NCBI GenBank assembly: GCA_904063045.1
Contig: CAJFCJ010000006.1
Location: 1,527,601 to 1,591,600, forward strand
Direction: 5' to 3'
From: Dimorphilus gyrociliatus
Taxonomy: Eukaryota; Animalia; Annelida
DNA: 64,000 bases
Under the pieces are notes generated by a model, which saw only the letters and a program-made list of their open reading frames with translations, had not been told where the DNA came from and did not search any database. Position 1 is the first letter of the stretch. Each line of letters opens with the position of its first letter. A program made the translations under genes and the position numbers. This document shows positions 10,701-21,895 of this stretch, in pieces.

Positions 10701-13700
10701 TTTATGGACTAAATCTGTTTTTAGAGTGGGTAAGTAGGACTTTTCACTTACGTGGTGCAAAGCAGGCAAGGGCTGCTTGAACTGGAATTTTTTTTGTAAT
10801 AAAATTTTAGTTAGGTATTTTTATTATGAACAGCCTAGCAGCTGCTGAAAATTGTACCTGGTGAACAAGAGGGTGCTTGTTCAGGTCCACTGGCTGTAAA
10901 ATCGAGTAGAATAATGAAAATTTTTTCTTTCAAATAGTTATTATAACACTTTGGTAACACAGCAAGAGGCTCGCAAAAATATTTTTTTTTGTTATAAATA
11001 GAGCTAAAATCAGTAAAACAAACGCTAATAAATTGGAATGAACCTGAAGGGAGGGGAAGTATAAAGATAGATTTTGCTTAGTTGGACAAGTATTGTTCCG
11101 TTTTAGTATTCTAAATTTGTAAATGAATTTCACTCTCAATATTATGTATCAGTTGGAGTTTGACTCAATTGTCAAAAGGATGCAATTTTTGGATAGGGAT
11201 TTTGTAAACCACACTGTAAATAAGAACCCACAACTACGTACATTTCACATCGAAGGGAGGTCCGCTTTCTGTGAATATTATTTAAAATATTAAACACGTA
11301 AGAAAATTCACCAATTTCGCGTTACTAAGGAAGCTAATCATCGGAATACTGAAATAAAAAACAATTTCACTTACCAGGACTAACGTTGACGGTGAAGGCA
11401 CTACCAGGAATATCTCTTCCAGCGAATTTTACAGTAACGTGATGTCTTCCAGGCACTTTAGCAGTGTATTGAACTAACCATGTTGTAGGACTTTCTTTCT
11501 TGACAAGAGGTCTGACAGTGTCATAGTTGTCATTAGGATCTTTAATTGCAACGTCGACAACGCCAACACCAGCATTATCCGTATCAACTTTAAAATAGGT
11601 TCCTCTGTTTGCAATATTTCCATTCGGTTCAATACCTGGTCCCATTGCAGAGCATCTGTAAATCATAGAAATGCATGAATACCGTGTATAGTATATATAA
11701 TCACTGAATTTACGAAAATTACCTTGAGGCATCACCAGGTCTAGGATCAACACCTACTTCGAATGGACTCTTTGGAATTTCGGTTTGATTACCGCCATTC
11801 TTGGGTCCATATTTTATTTCAACTCTATAAGTTCCTTGCATCTTGGGAGTATAAGTACAAGAGAAAGTTTTATTTCTATTAGCTTCTCCATCAGAGATTC
11901 CAGCACCAGATCTTCTCCTATCGTCCTCATCACGGAAATTTTTCTTTATCTCACAGTGTTCTACTTGCCCGGACGGACTCAAAACGACCACCGAGGGAAT
12001 ACCATCGCCAGCGCTAAAAATATCAATCGTAAAACGTGCTGGAGCTCCAACACAGTTTCCGGTAGGTTCCAAACCTTAGCAAAAAAAGCAGATAGTTTGA
12101 AAAAGACTTGTTTATAAATTTGTTTAAAGCATACCGGGTCCGTAAGCTCGAACTTTTTTGGGGTTCAATCTTGGTTTCAAAGGAGCACCAGGTTGTAGTT
12201 TTGCAGATGGAAACTGAGACAAGTAGGTCATCATAGAAAGTTCGTCCTTTTTGGGGTTAATTAATTCTTCAGGCCTGATCAGTTGAGGAACTCCCAACCA
12301 TTGTTCAGCCTTGTCCATAGCTTCCGTCGCATTTTCCTTTGGCCTTACTGGAGTCCAATCGGGCCAGTCTGGACACAAGCCAGGCGCTATATTATCTACC
12401 AAAGCACCGATGGTTATACCATCATTCCAATCCGTAGTGAAATTCGTAATAGGACGTTCTGGTATTTTGTTTTGTACCCAAGCCAATAGTTTTTGTTTGG
12501 GCGTTTGCTCTTTCTTTCCATCCGGCTGAAAAGATTCACATAGAATATAATATAAAATATAGGTATCTTATAAATAGAGGAAATTATAATGTAATTTAAA
12601 TTTGATCACTTTCTAATTGAAAAAATATTATTTAATTTGTCAGAAGAAAAAGCAAGTTTTAAAAAGCATCTTTAACTTAAAAATGCAATTTCCTATTAGA
12701 ATTAAATTACGTGTTTAAACAGTGTTTACCAATATAAGCGATAAAAGCACTATGAAAATGAAAGAAAAAGTAATTCATTAAATATGGCTTGAAGAAATTT
12801 TCTCATATGCAAATATATATATGTATATATAAATTTATATATGTGATATATTAAAGAAATACACTATATGAAGCATTTATATACATAGAAAGAATAGTTA
12901 GAAAGGAATTTTTTACACGAAGAGCATTAGGAAATTATCAAAGGAGATATACTAATTCAGTTACCAATTTAATTAGATAAAAAGAAAAGCATTAGATATC
13001 TTTTATATTTAACTTTAATAAAAGAATCATTTGTCTTTCATTTGTATTTGAAATAAAAAACCTATTACTAAATCTAGACTTACTTTTTAAAGGATTAGTA
13101 CGAGCTAAACGATAAAATTAGATTGCTAAATAAAAGAAAGCTTCCAAATAATTTTGCTGATAAAATATTTAAAATAAAAGTAGGGATTAAAGTAGCCTTT
13201 TTTCTAATGTTTAGTTCCAGCTTTTTAAAAAATTACTTATTTATTAATTAATTACAATATATCTCCTTTGGACATGCCCTTCTGCTGATTTTTAGCAAAG
13301 AAACTTATATTTTTATGTATTATTATACTTACTTTTTCCGATTTGACGGGATCCTTTAAAGAATATTACTCTTTGTAAATGTTTAATTTAAACGTTTGTT
13401 GTTATATAGTATAAAATTGCTTACAATAATTTACTTAAACTTAAAAAATTAGTCGGAAATAATTGATAAATAATCAATTATTTTTAATTCACTTAGGTCT
13501 GGATTATACCCTGATGATTGTAATTTTTTTTTATTATTAGCCTGAATATTGCTAACAAATAAGTATAATTAACTAATATATCCTAAATTGTATGGAATGA
13601 TCGATTACAAGTATCTTTTACGAAAACACTTACTGCATCCGAATCGTCCTCCCAAGTTGGCATTGAGATGCTGTAATGCAAAATCAATGTCCATATTAAG

Positions 13701-16700
13701 CCCAAAATTAATTTCAATTTATGATCGACGATGTCAGTACTATCTGTTGAAGAGAAAAGTTTTTGTTGAGAATATTGTAAAATGTGGCGCCATCTTAAGT
13801 ATAACAAATATGCTTTTTTTTTTATCAAATCTCTTACATCTCCTACTGTTAAGTTTTGTTAAGTAAATATATCTAAAATTGACACTCTAAGGATAAAATT
13901 TTTTATATTATAATAATAAAGCATTGTTTTTACTGTTTATACAGCTATTTGTAAACAAAGTATGTCTAGTCTAGACTATTATCAATTAGCATATCCTAAA
14001 TGATATATTGTATCTTTTCTCCAAATATATATCCCATTGGTAACGAACTATTATATATATATATATATATAGATCATTCTATTCTTAATTTTCGATGTAA
14101 TGATTTCCTATATAATTATTGGTAAAGTCGGTATAATTACAATTATCCATGACCTTGCAAAGCTATGGATGTCGGAATAGGTTTAGTTAATAGGGAAAAA
14201 GAAATTAGACCTTTTAAACTTGATACAATCTAACAAAGTATATTCTAACAAATTAAATTTATCAATACTAGTTTAGACAAACTTTGAATAGGGATTGTTT
14301 TAATTTTTCATGTTCGTTTTTCTTTTCATTCTTTGCAGTTTTGAGAGCAGAAGTATTTTTTTTTTATATATATAGATTTGTTTAGTAAACACAAGATATT
14401 GATGGAAAATTAGTAGTTTTAAGCATAAAATCGTTATCAACAGTTAAAAAAATCGAATAACCGTGACTATAAAAAGAAAAAAGAAAACTCTTTTAGCTTT
14501 ACATAATACAATTTTTACGTTATTTAGTGTAAAATACGTACAAAAAATAGTGTAACAGTTGTCGTATTCAAGTAATTTTTTCCAGGGGATGTATGATTGA
14601 ATTCGTTATTGTATTAATGATTTGCAACCTGTTCTAGTTCTTTTGTATTAATGAAAAGTTCACAAAAGAACTTGGGTTTATTATGCAAGGCCAACAAACG
14701 TTTGATACTGATTAATAGGTTCCTTTTTGTAGGTTAAAAATAGAGAATGCAAAATTATTCAAATAATTACTGGTAACTAAAATTAAGATAAAGAGAGAGC
14801 GAGAGAGAAATTACCTGAGGGAATTTGAGAAAAAAAAATAATTAATTAAAAATCTCAGATTTCAATTAAAAAAAAGGGCTTAACTAAATAGGATTTTATT
14901 TTACTAGTAAAAAGATGATATATGTTTTACTTTTTTTAAAGTTTTAAGTTTTTCAACAAACTATTTTCAACATCAAATGTTTCGTATATACTGTATTTTC
15001 TTAGGAAATGATATACTAAAAATTTATTCTATTTACTTAACGAATAAACAAGAAAAAAAGACAGTACATATATAAATCTGATTAAATTAGTCGCTCTTTT
15101 TCTTATCTCTCTTAATTTGTCACTTGTTATCTAGTCAAGTAAAAATTGAATTTATAGCTTTTATATGATACTAAAGAAAAAATTGGTAGGTGGTACAAAA
15201 TTGATTGATAATTATTGCCAGAGAGCGCCACTAGCAATCGATAGAAAATTTAGGATGTTTAAAGGATTAACATTTAAAAAGCATAGCGTAAAATATATAT
15301 ATATGATTGCATTGGCGGAAATTTTACTATTTTGATTATGTGATTTATAGACCTATACAAATCCAATAAAAACAACTAGTGTTGAGAATCAAACATGAAG
15401 AAGAGCTAATTAAGCCTACTCAAAGCAACCACAAAGTTAAATAAATATACAGCATTCTCGACTGTATAAAGCGACAACGATAAGTCAGTAAGGAGCAATA
15501 AAACACACGCTATTTAACTAGCGGCTCGATCACAGACACAATCAACTCTTTGTCATTCAGAGTTTGACTAAAAAACACCAACAAATAAATACAATCCTAC
15601 ACAAATCGTGCCTAGACTTAATTATCAAAAGATTAACACCCAAGCTGCATAAATTGGCCTATATTTATCGCTACATCCGTTCCTTTCCCGTTCAGTTTGA
15701 TTGAAAAAAAAAAAAACTTTTTATCTAAAACGTTTTTCTCTTCGTAGATAAAATTTTCCGTACAAGTACGAATGAACTAAATTTTTTTCCGAATAATTTA
15801 CATCTCTATTCAAGATTAACTCAACACAAAAAAAGACTAATAATAATCAATTATATTTGTTTGAAGAGAGCTTAACGCATAGTCAAGTTAATTAGATGAG
15901 TATTATATACCTTTTTTAACACTGTCGTACTTAAAATAATATTGACCTTGTTCATTTTGTTGCCTTTTTAATTATTATTTTTTTTTTTAAAATACCTATT
16001 CAAAACGAAACATTACTAAAACTCCTTAAGAAACAAGTCCATTCTATATGTTAATCTTATTAATAAGAAAAAGGCTTTTTCAAATCCTAACAAAAACTAA
16101 CATAGATAAGTGTATTGAAAGTAAGGTAATAGTTTTAATTTGTTCAATTCAATTATTTTTTCTCCCTTAGAAAAATGTATCTATTGGAATATACAGTATA
16201 CTAAATATACTAAAGTAAATCTTTTCTTTATATATATATATATATATAATAATTTTCCAAATCCTATATGTTCCTATATTAAATTAAATTCCTTTTTTAT
16301 CAGAATAATTTATACTATTTTTTTGCTATTGCTTAATCTAATAGTTCCTGTTGTAAAAATTTATATACTATATATATATATATATTGTTCTAATAGAAAA
16401 AGATATCGATGGGTGGTAGATGTAGGCGTATAAAACGTATGTATTAATACAATTAAATAATTAACTTAAATATATAGCCATTTTCAATCATAAATATATC
16501 CTTGTCTCCCATTCTCTTCCTACATTCTTTCCATTTTTCTCTTACAAAAAGAGGCCGTTCATATTTTATACTAAGAAAGAATAAGAAAAAACGCGGGAAA
16601 AGCTTTAAAAAAAAAATTATGCAGTGTTGCGAGTTTAGCTCCTATATTTATTCTTTATATTATATATACCGGTTTTTTTTTATAAATTGTTTGATTTCTC

Positions 16701-17548
16701 TATGATTCAAACGAATCGATTAAAAAGAAAAACATTCTAAAAATATGATTAAGAAGAAAAGAATCGGTAAAACTTATAGATGAGTGACTACTTCCTTTAT
16801 CTCCCCCACTTTTTTTTTATCCTATTAATTAGTTTTCTTTCTTTTCTTTTTTTTTTGTATACCATATATACTAATCAAACATTGAGCACTATTAGAACAT
16901 TCTTAAAACGTGAAAACTTGTTAAATGACCTGTTCTATTAAAGGAAATTACAAAATATGTTTAAAATGAAAAATGTTGTTGCAATGTTATCGATTTTTTT
17001 CAATTCTTATGGTCACCGAGATTTATATGCCCGAAGAAATTGATAGTCTAACTCTTTACGTATCGCACACGAAACAATACACTCGAAAATTTATCAATTG
17101 CTGGTATGAAATATTAATAAACTGGTCACGCATCGACTAAATTATCGATTTTCACATCTGTTCAGTATATGAGGTTTAAAAACCACGCTCAACTCACAAC
17201 TTAAAATTTGTAACATGAATTGAGCGATAATAGCGTACTTTTTTAAAACTACATACCAATATTTACAATTCTTATTCCTTCATCCTCCTCCAAGAATTTT
17301 AAGCACATTGTAACATTCTCCAACTTTTGAGTTCTAAAATTCGGTCTACGATTATACTTGCTAAATTTCTTTCCGGATAGCACTTCAACAAGGGCGATTA
17401 AACGAAGACCGTCGGCAAAATCGTATTCCAAATCAACGACATTCTTATTGACGGTTTTCAAGTGTTCGTTCGCCCAGCGAGTGAACGTGTTCTTCTGTAT
17501 AATCTTCCACTGGGCATCCTCAGCCAACTCACGTTCAGTGGCCGGCAT
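1770..17548 (-). CDS. FLN: Filamin (CH1-CH2 actin-binding domain + 22 filamin/Ig repeats), about 2406 aa core isoform
   Basis: Exons 17257-17548, 13634-13743, 12135-12525, 11723-12074, 11375-11655, 8280-9139, 7859-8201, 7267-7670, 6834-7044, 6270-6417, 5700-6204, 4910-5641, 1770-4361; all GT-AG, sum 7221 nt, in frame. N-terminus [25 protein letters not shown] is the filamin CH1 signature; repeated GPGL...EGPSKA.I.C.DN.DG...GSPF units; terminal dimerisation repeat. Confidence 0.97.
4538..4594 (-). CDS. Candidate filamin hinge-1 cassette exon (57 nt, [19 protein letters not shown])
   Basis: ttttatatag|GTAATG...TTAAAC|GTGTGT; phase 0-0 matching the flanking exons; stop-free. Confidence 0.65.
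4835..4861 (-). CDS. Candidate filamin hinge-1 microexon (27 nt, FVENTTASK)
   Basis: ccttcatag|TTT...AAA|GTATAA; phase 0-0; upstream intron 48 nt, similar to other short introns here. Confidence 0.45.
9946..10005 (-). CDS. Candidate filamin cassette exon E (60 nt, [20 protein letters not shown])
   Basis: ccgtttag|CT CAG...AAA C|GTGAGT; phase 1-1; GC-richer than the flanking intron. Confidence 0.8.
10274..10318 (-). CDS. Candidate filamin microexon D (45 nt, [15 protein letters not shown])
   Basis: ctttcatctag|CT CCG...AAA C|GTAAGC; phase 1-1; TGCATG about 22 nt downstream (10247-10252). Confidence 0.8.
10752..10781 (-). CDS. Candidate filamin microexon C (30 nt, [10 protein letters not shown])
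   Basis: ttccag|TT CAA...CCA C|GTAAGT; CTAAC branch point about 30 nt upstream; phase 1-1. Confidence 0.7.
10858..10893 (-). CDS. Candidate filamin microexon B (36 nt, [12 protein letters not shown])
   Basis: gattttacag|CC AGT...CCA G|GTACAA; phase 1-1. Confidence 0.7.
11242..11268 (-). CDS. Candidate filamin microexon A (27 nt, xSGPPFDVK)
   Basis: tattcacag|AA AGC...AAA T|GTACGT; phase 1-1. Confidence 0.65.
13333..13353 (-). CDS. Candidate filamin CH1-CH2 linker microexon (21 nt, DPVKSEK)
   Basis: tattctttaaag|GAT CCC GTC AAA TCG GAA AAA|GTAAGT; phase 0-0 as are the flanking exons. Confidence 0.7.
14052..14071. repeat. (TA)n microsatellite
   Basis: Direct read. Confidence 0.9.
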
Positions 17549-18740
17549 TTCCTCCTCTTCTTCGCCTGAAATTTGGTAATGTTTTGAATACGGAATGCGA
17601 AACGGTATAATTAAGCGCCATCTGTCGCACGTAGTTTTTTATTTTCAACAATTAATATTCGCGACATCTATCGAAGTTGACAATTGTAAAAGTTAACTGT
17701 TCATTCAAATAATAAAAGAGAAAATGGTAGAAAGACTACTATTGATTAAATTTTCAAGTTAAACTGTGAATAACGTGATCTGTGACAGATTTAAGAAAAG
17801 TTCTTGAAAAGTAGAGAGAGAGGCACCTCACTAAGCTATTATACAAATACTATGTGTTAAAAGCCCTATAGAAGCTTAGAACCAATCATATGGAAACTTT
17901 CTTAAAGCTATATCTATTAATTGTTATTTGATTAATTATGCATTAAAAACTACTTTAAAATAGACTTTTAATAGACGATTTTGGTTTTTGGGCGTTGGCT
18001 ATAGTTTTTTTTCTTCAATTAATCATTTCATCTTAATTTATAAAAATAAATTAACAATTTCTATTCTATTTACACTTTTTATTTATTTAAAAAAAAACAA
18101 CAAATTTTAATACTTTTTCTATTTATTCAAATTTATGCAAATATATATTAAAATAATATTATAATTTATTTTATTTCTTTTTATGCTTTATTATCTAAAG
18201 GAAAAAGAATTTGCTTAAAATTTTTAAGTTTCTACCACTCAAAGTAGGCTTAAATCTTTTAGATTCGCTGATTGATTACCGTCTGCTTATACGTTGTCCA
18301 TAGGCCTTTTCATATTGTTTTCAAATAATGTTTTACATAATAATGAAACCAATTCTTACGCAGTACATGAAAATAAAGTCTAATTTCCTTAAATTTATTT
18401 ACATCCATTAAAAAATAGACCTATATTTAAGAGCACTTTTAATTCATCCGGCATAGGTGAATATTAAGCCTATTGAAGCTATTTATAAGATATATCTAAC
18501 AAAGTCTTATTTCTTATGTAGAATATTTTAAGGCCTAGTGTATACAATTAGCAGTTATTCTAATAATTTTATATAAAAAATCAACGGTATATTGCAAAGG
18601 TCAAATGGAATTTTTCGTTTCTTTTTCTTTATTGGTTATGTAATACAAACCTTCATAGTCGTATTCATAAGGTGAAGCGGCATATTGATAAGCATCATTC
18701 GAACTAAGAGCCATGTCGAATATCCTCCTTCTTTTCTAAT

Positions 18741-18750
18741 CCTATTTAGG
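18741..18750. promoter_or_regulatory. CArG box (SRF site) upstream of the filamin start codon
   Basis: CCTATTTAGG matches CC(A/T)6GG; filamins are known SRF targets; a few such 10-mers are expected by chance in this composition. Confidence 0.35.
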
Positions 18751-19715
18751 AACAAATAAACAAATAAACTAAAATAATATCATATTACTTGGAGAGAAAA
18801 TCCTAATTTTCTATTTAAAAAAGAGGCTAATAGATGGCGCAATTGTTACAGCAAAACAGGGAAACTTTTTTTTAGCGGAGCAACCAAGAAAAGTTCGTAA
18901 TATTAAGAAAGAAAGAAAAGAATAGAGAGATGGATTCTAGGACTAAAGAAATGAAAAATGATGATAGTTAAAGATTAAGAGAGTGATAATATATGTATAT
19001 CATAATATATTATAATTATTTTCGCTTTTGTTGTAACTTTATAGTACAATAAAAAGACTTGGTTGTTTGGAAAAATTGTATTGTTTTTCAAGATAAAAAA
19101 TGATGCCTTGTAAGTAACAGAACAACAAAAAAAAGTGTCTTCTATTCAATATTAATTACAGGAGATATATATAAATAGTATAAATTTATATAAACACACG
19201 ATTAAAGATGTAGTTATTGTCTTAATAAAGTTATTAAATATGACAAAAAGTAAAGCATAGGAAGAGAGGTGAAATGAGAGAATTTTTTTTTTAATATTCT
19301 GTATATATACACTATATATATACACTCTCGCGAATGCCTTGGTTTTGTGCATGCGTGTTCGCTTGTAGGTTTATATATAAATATATATTTTTAGGTATAT
19401 AAAGTTCATAGTTTGGTTATAGGCTTTTATGTAGCCTTAATATGCATTCTGCAAAATATTTTTATGCATTTAATACTAAATTGAAGTAAAAATGTTTATA
19501 TAATTCGTTTAATTATGTTAACTTACTTTCCTACTATTCCGGAAATGATGATAATTGATGACTTATTGACTTTTTTTTTTTAAAAAGAAAAATAATTCAA
19601 CAGGAACCGTCCTCCATTTATAAATAACAATTTAAAAATGGCGGTCTATTCAAAACACCCCATGTCGAATAAGAATCTATTGTTGAATGAAACCGTATTA
19701 AACAGAAATACTTAC

Positions 19716-20150
19716 CAAAATCTGTTATATTTCTTTTCTTAAATATTCTTTTCTCTTTCTTTCTCCTTCTCTTTCTCTCTCGTTCTATTTGAGTAATTTT
19801 TCCAATATAATTCCTCAAATTTTTCCCTGTCTTTCTCTTCTTCTTACTCCTCTCTCTCTCTCTCTCTCTCTTCGTTTGAGTGTCTTTTTCTATTTGGATC
19901 TTTTCTAGCCTGTACTCTCAAGAGTAATAGTTTTCTCTGACTTCGGAAAAACTACTATTCAAGCGAGGTTAATCCTTGATTTTCCTCTTTTCTCAGCTCC
20001 TTAGGTCGCTTTGCCTTATCTCCGCTGGAAAGGTTAATCAAACGGGCGGAGCGTAATACTTTAAACTGAACAGCTGATTGGACGGTTATAGGCGATGGTC
20101 TAATCTATAAATAGAACAAGAAACCTGATACGCGTCTGGCTACCATGCAT
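19716..20150 (-). promoter_or_regulatory. Probable filamin promoter / 5'UTR exon (5' boundary approximate)
   Basis: Strong donor G|GTAAGT at 19716/19715 pairs with acceptor tttcag| at 17566, 17 nt before the ATG; CCAAT-like (ATTGG) and GGGCGG elements near 20040-20080. Confidence 0.45.
19851..19871. repeat. (TC)n microsatellite
   Basis: Direct read. Confidence 0.9.
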
Positions 20151-21787
20151 GTAGGAGAAGGAAATTCCTTCGTAGGCCTATTGTAGGCCTCATACAAACC
20201 ATAGGTTTTTTTCTTACAAAAACTTGATATTTTTTACAGCAGATTTTTATGCAAAGTAGTTACATTCTAATACATTAAATACTATTTAATGTATGGTTAT
20301 ATCTATATATAATGATATTGAAGTAATACCGCCATTACGCAACTTGGAATTATTTAAATAGTTAAAGATCTAACTAATTTGATACGAATTTCTTTAAAAA
20401 ACAAATAAGAACATTTAGTGCTATATTATTGATATTGAATTTATTTAAATAAATAAAGTATATCTTTCTATCTATTTCTTCTTTTCTCACTTCTAACTTT
20501 TTTTTTTCCCACTAACACGAAACATCACTTGTCTGTTAAAAAGACCTAGATCTGGACCTACTTATTTTAACGATACTATTTTATCTAAACTTTATACTAT
20601 ATTGACACGAATTAGCTTTTTTGTTGCTAAATTTTTTTTTTATAAATAATTTAATAAAATTGTAGAAAGAGAAAAATAGAAAACATTTTTTTTTAAAAAA
20701 AAAAGAAGAAAGGAGACAAAAACTAAAAAGAAAATATTTTTTGGATATAATTTTAATATGCAAGTTTAATTGAATAGTTGAAAATACTTATTAAGTATTA
20801 TATCCTTAAGGTTTCTTATTTTCCTTATTTTATTTAAATTCAATACACTTTTTCTCTTTCATATAACAATAACAAGATATTTAATAAATTTTCAATCTTT
20901 TAAAGGATACTGTATATATATACTGTATATATATATATTTATTTATTTAAACAGTATATACAAGTTATTCTTTTATTGTACATTTTCTCTATACCTATTC
21001 TTGACTTTATCTTCTCTATCTCTTTTGTTCCTTTAAGGTATATTAATGGGCTATTCACTTTCTTTAAATCTTCTCCTTTTATTGTTACTCATAAAAAAGT
21101 AGTATTTTTAAAATAGAAAGATTAGTACATCTTTTCTTGTAAACAGTTCTTTTGGAATGTTTTTAATGACTAATAAAAAGGGAATTCTGGTTAGGCCTAT
21201 AGCGAATGTCTATATTTTCATATGCTACTGGGTTTGTTCTTTAGCGTTAACCGTCTTTATTATCATTGGTCAATCGTAAGGGATATAAATTTCCGTCTAT
21301 AAACATTAGAATGACTAATCGGATGCGGAAAAGAGTCTCTTCGTGTTTTTGCAAGTCAGATTGATTAATCACGGATGAGTTATTTTGCTTTATCATCGAA
21401 ATACCCACTTTACAAACAAAAAGGGTGGAGAGGTAAGGTAAGAAATGATTTATAAATCTGTTAATAATCTGCCTTCCTATGTTCTAAAATTTCTGCATGA
21501 TTTTCTCTTAATCATTTTTACTGTTAATTCCTATCCAAATATACAAATGCTTTATAATCAGAAAGACAAACATGATAATGAAACTCTGTTCAAAAAAATA
21601 CAGATGTATTTATTTCTATACAAAATAACATTTACAGATTTCTAATATTTTAACTAATAATTGTACAATTATCTCAACCTACAACACGCGTGCAACAAAC
21701 TCTCGCTGCTATAATAAATCAGTTCAGATTATAACATATTATAAATACATTATATGCAAAAACAGTCCTGAGAAATTAGTTCACTGT

Positions 21788-21895
21788 TCAAGATCCTGGT
21801 TCGTTGGTTGCTGTGAGTGATGCCAGCTTATTCTGAAAAGCTGTCAAAATTGCGAAGACAACGAATATGATCGGAAGGAAGCTTAAGTGCGAGAG
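21788..21895 (-). CDS. SLMAP alternative terminal exon TM-B ([35 protein letters not shown])
   Basis: aataatttcag| acceptor, phase 0, hydrophobic helix plus polar tail then TGA. Confidence 0.75.
   Translation of the reverse strand, partial: LSHLSFLPIIFVVFAILTAFQNKLASLTATNEPGS

Noticed and set aside
11030-11060. Strong polypyrimidine tract + CAG|GTTCAT in the microexon-rich filamin intron
   Set aside because: No compatible donor gives a frame-preserving exon and GTTCAT is a poor recursive donor; left uncalled.
13256-13284. TGC-preceded acceptor (CAGCAG) in the filamin CH-linker intron
   Set aside because: Available donors give 26/29-nt exons that break the frame.
14154-14162. 9-nt phase-1 microexon candidate (ALQ) within filamin CH1
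   Set aside because: Mediocre donor (GTCATG); such short matches are common. Worth testing only in the same RNA-seq pass.
15000-21650. AT-rich 60-100 aa ORFs (e.g. 16140, 16502, 19152, 20581, 21445) and similar ones at 1008, 9564, 22594, 29207, 44615, 46834, 47727, 61345
   Set aside because: F/I/L/K/Y-biased translations of intronic, intergenic or UTR low-complexity sequence, many with non-ATG starts.
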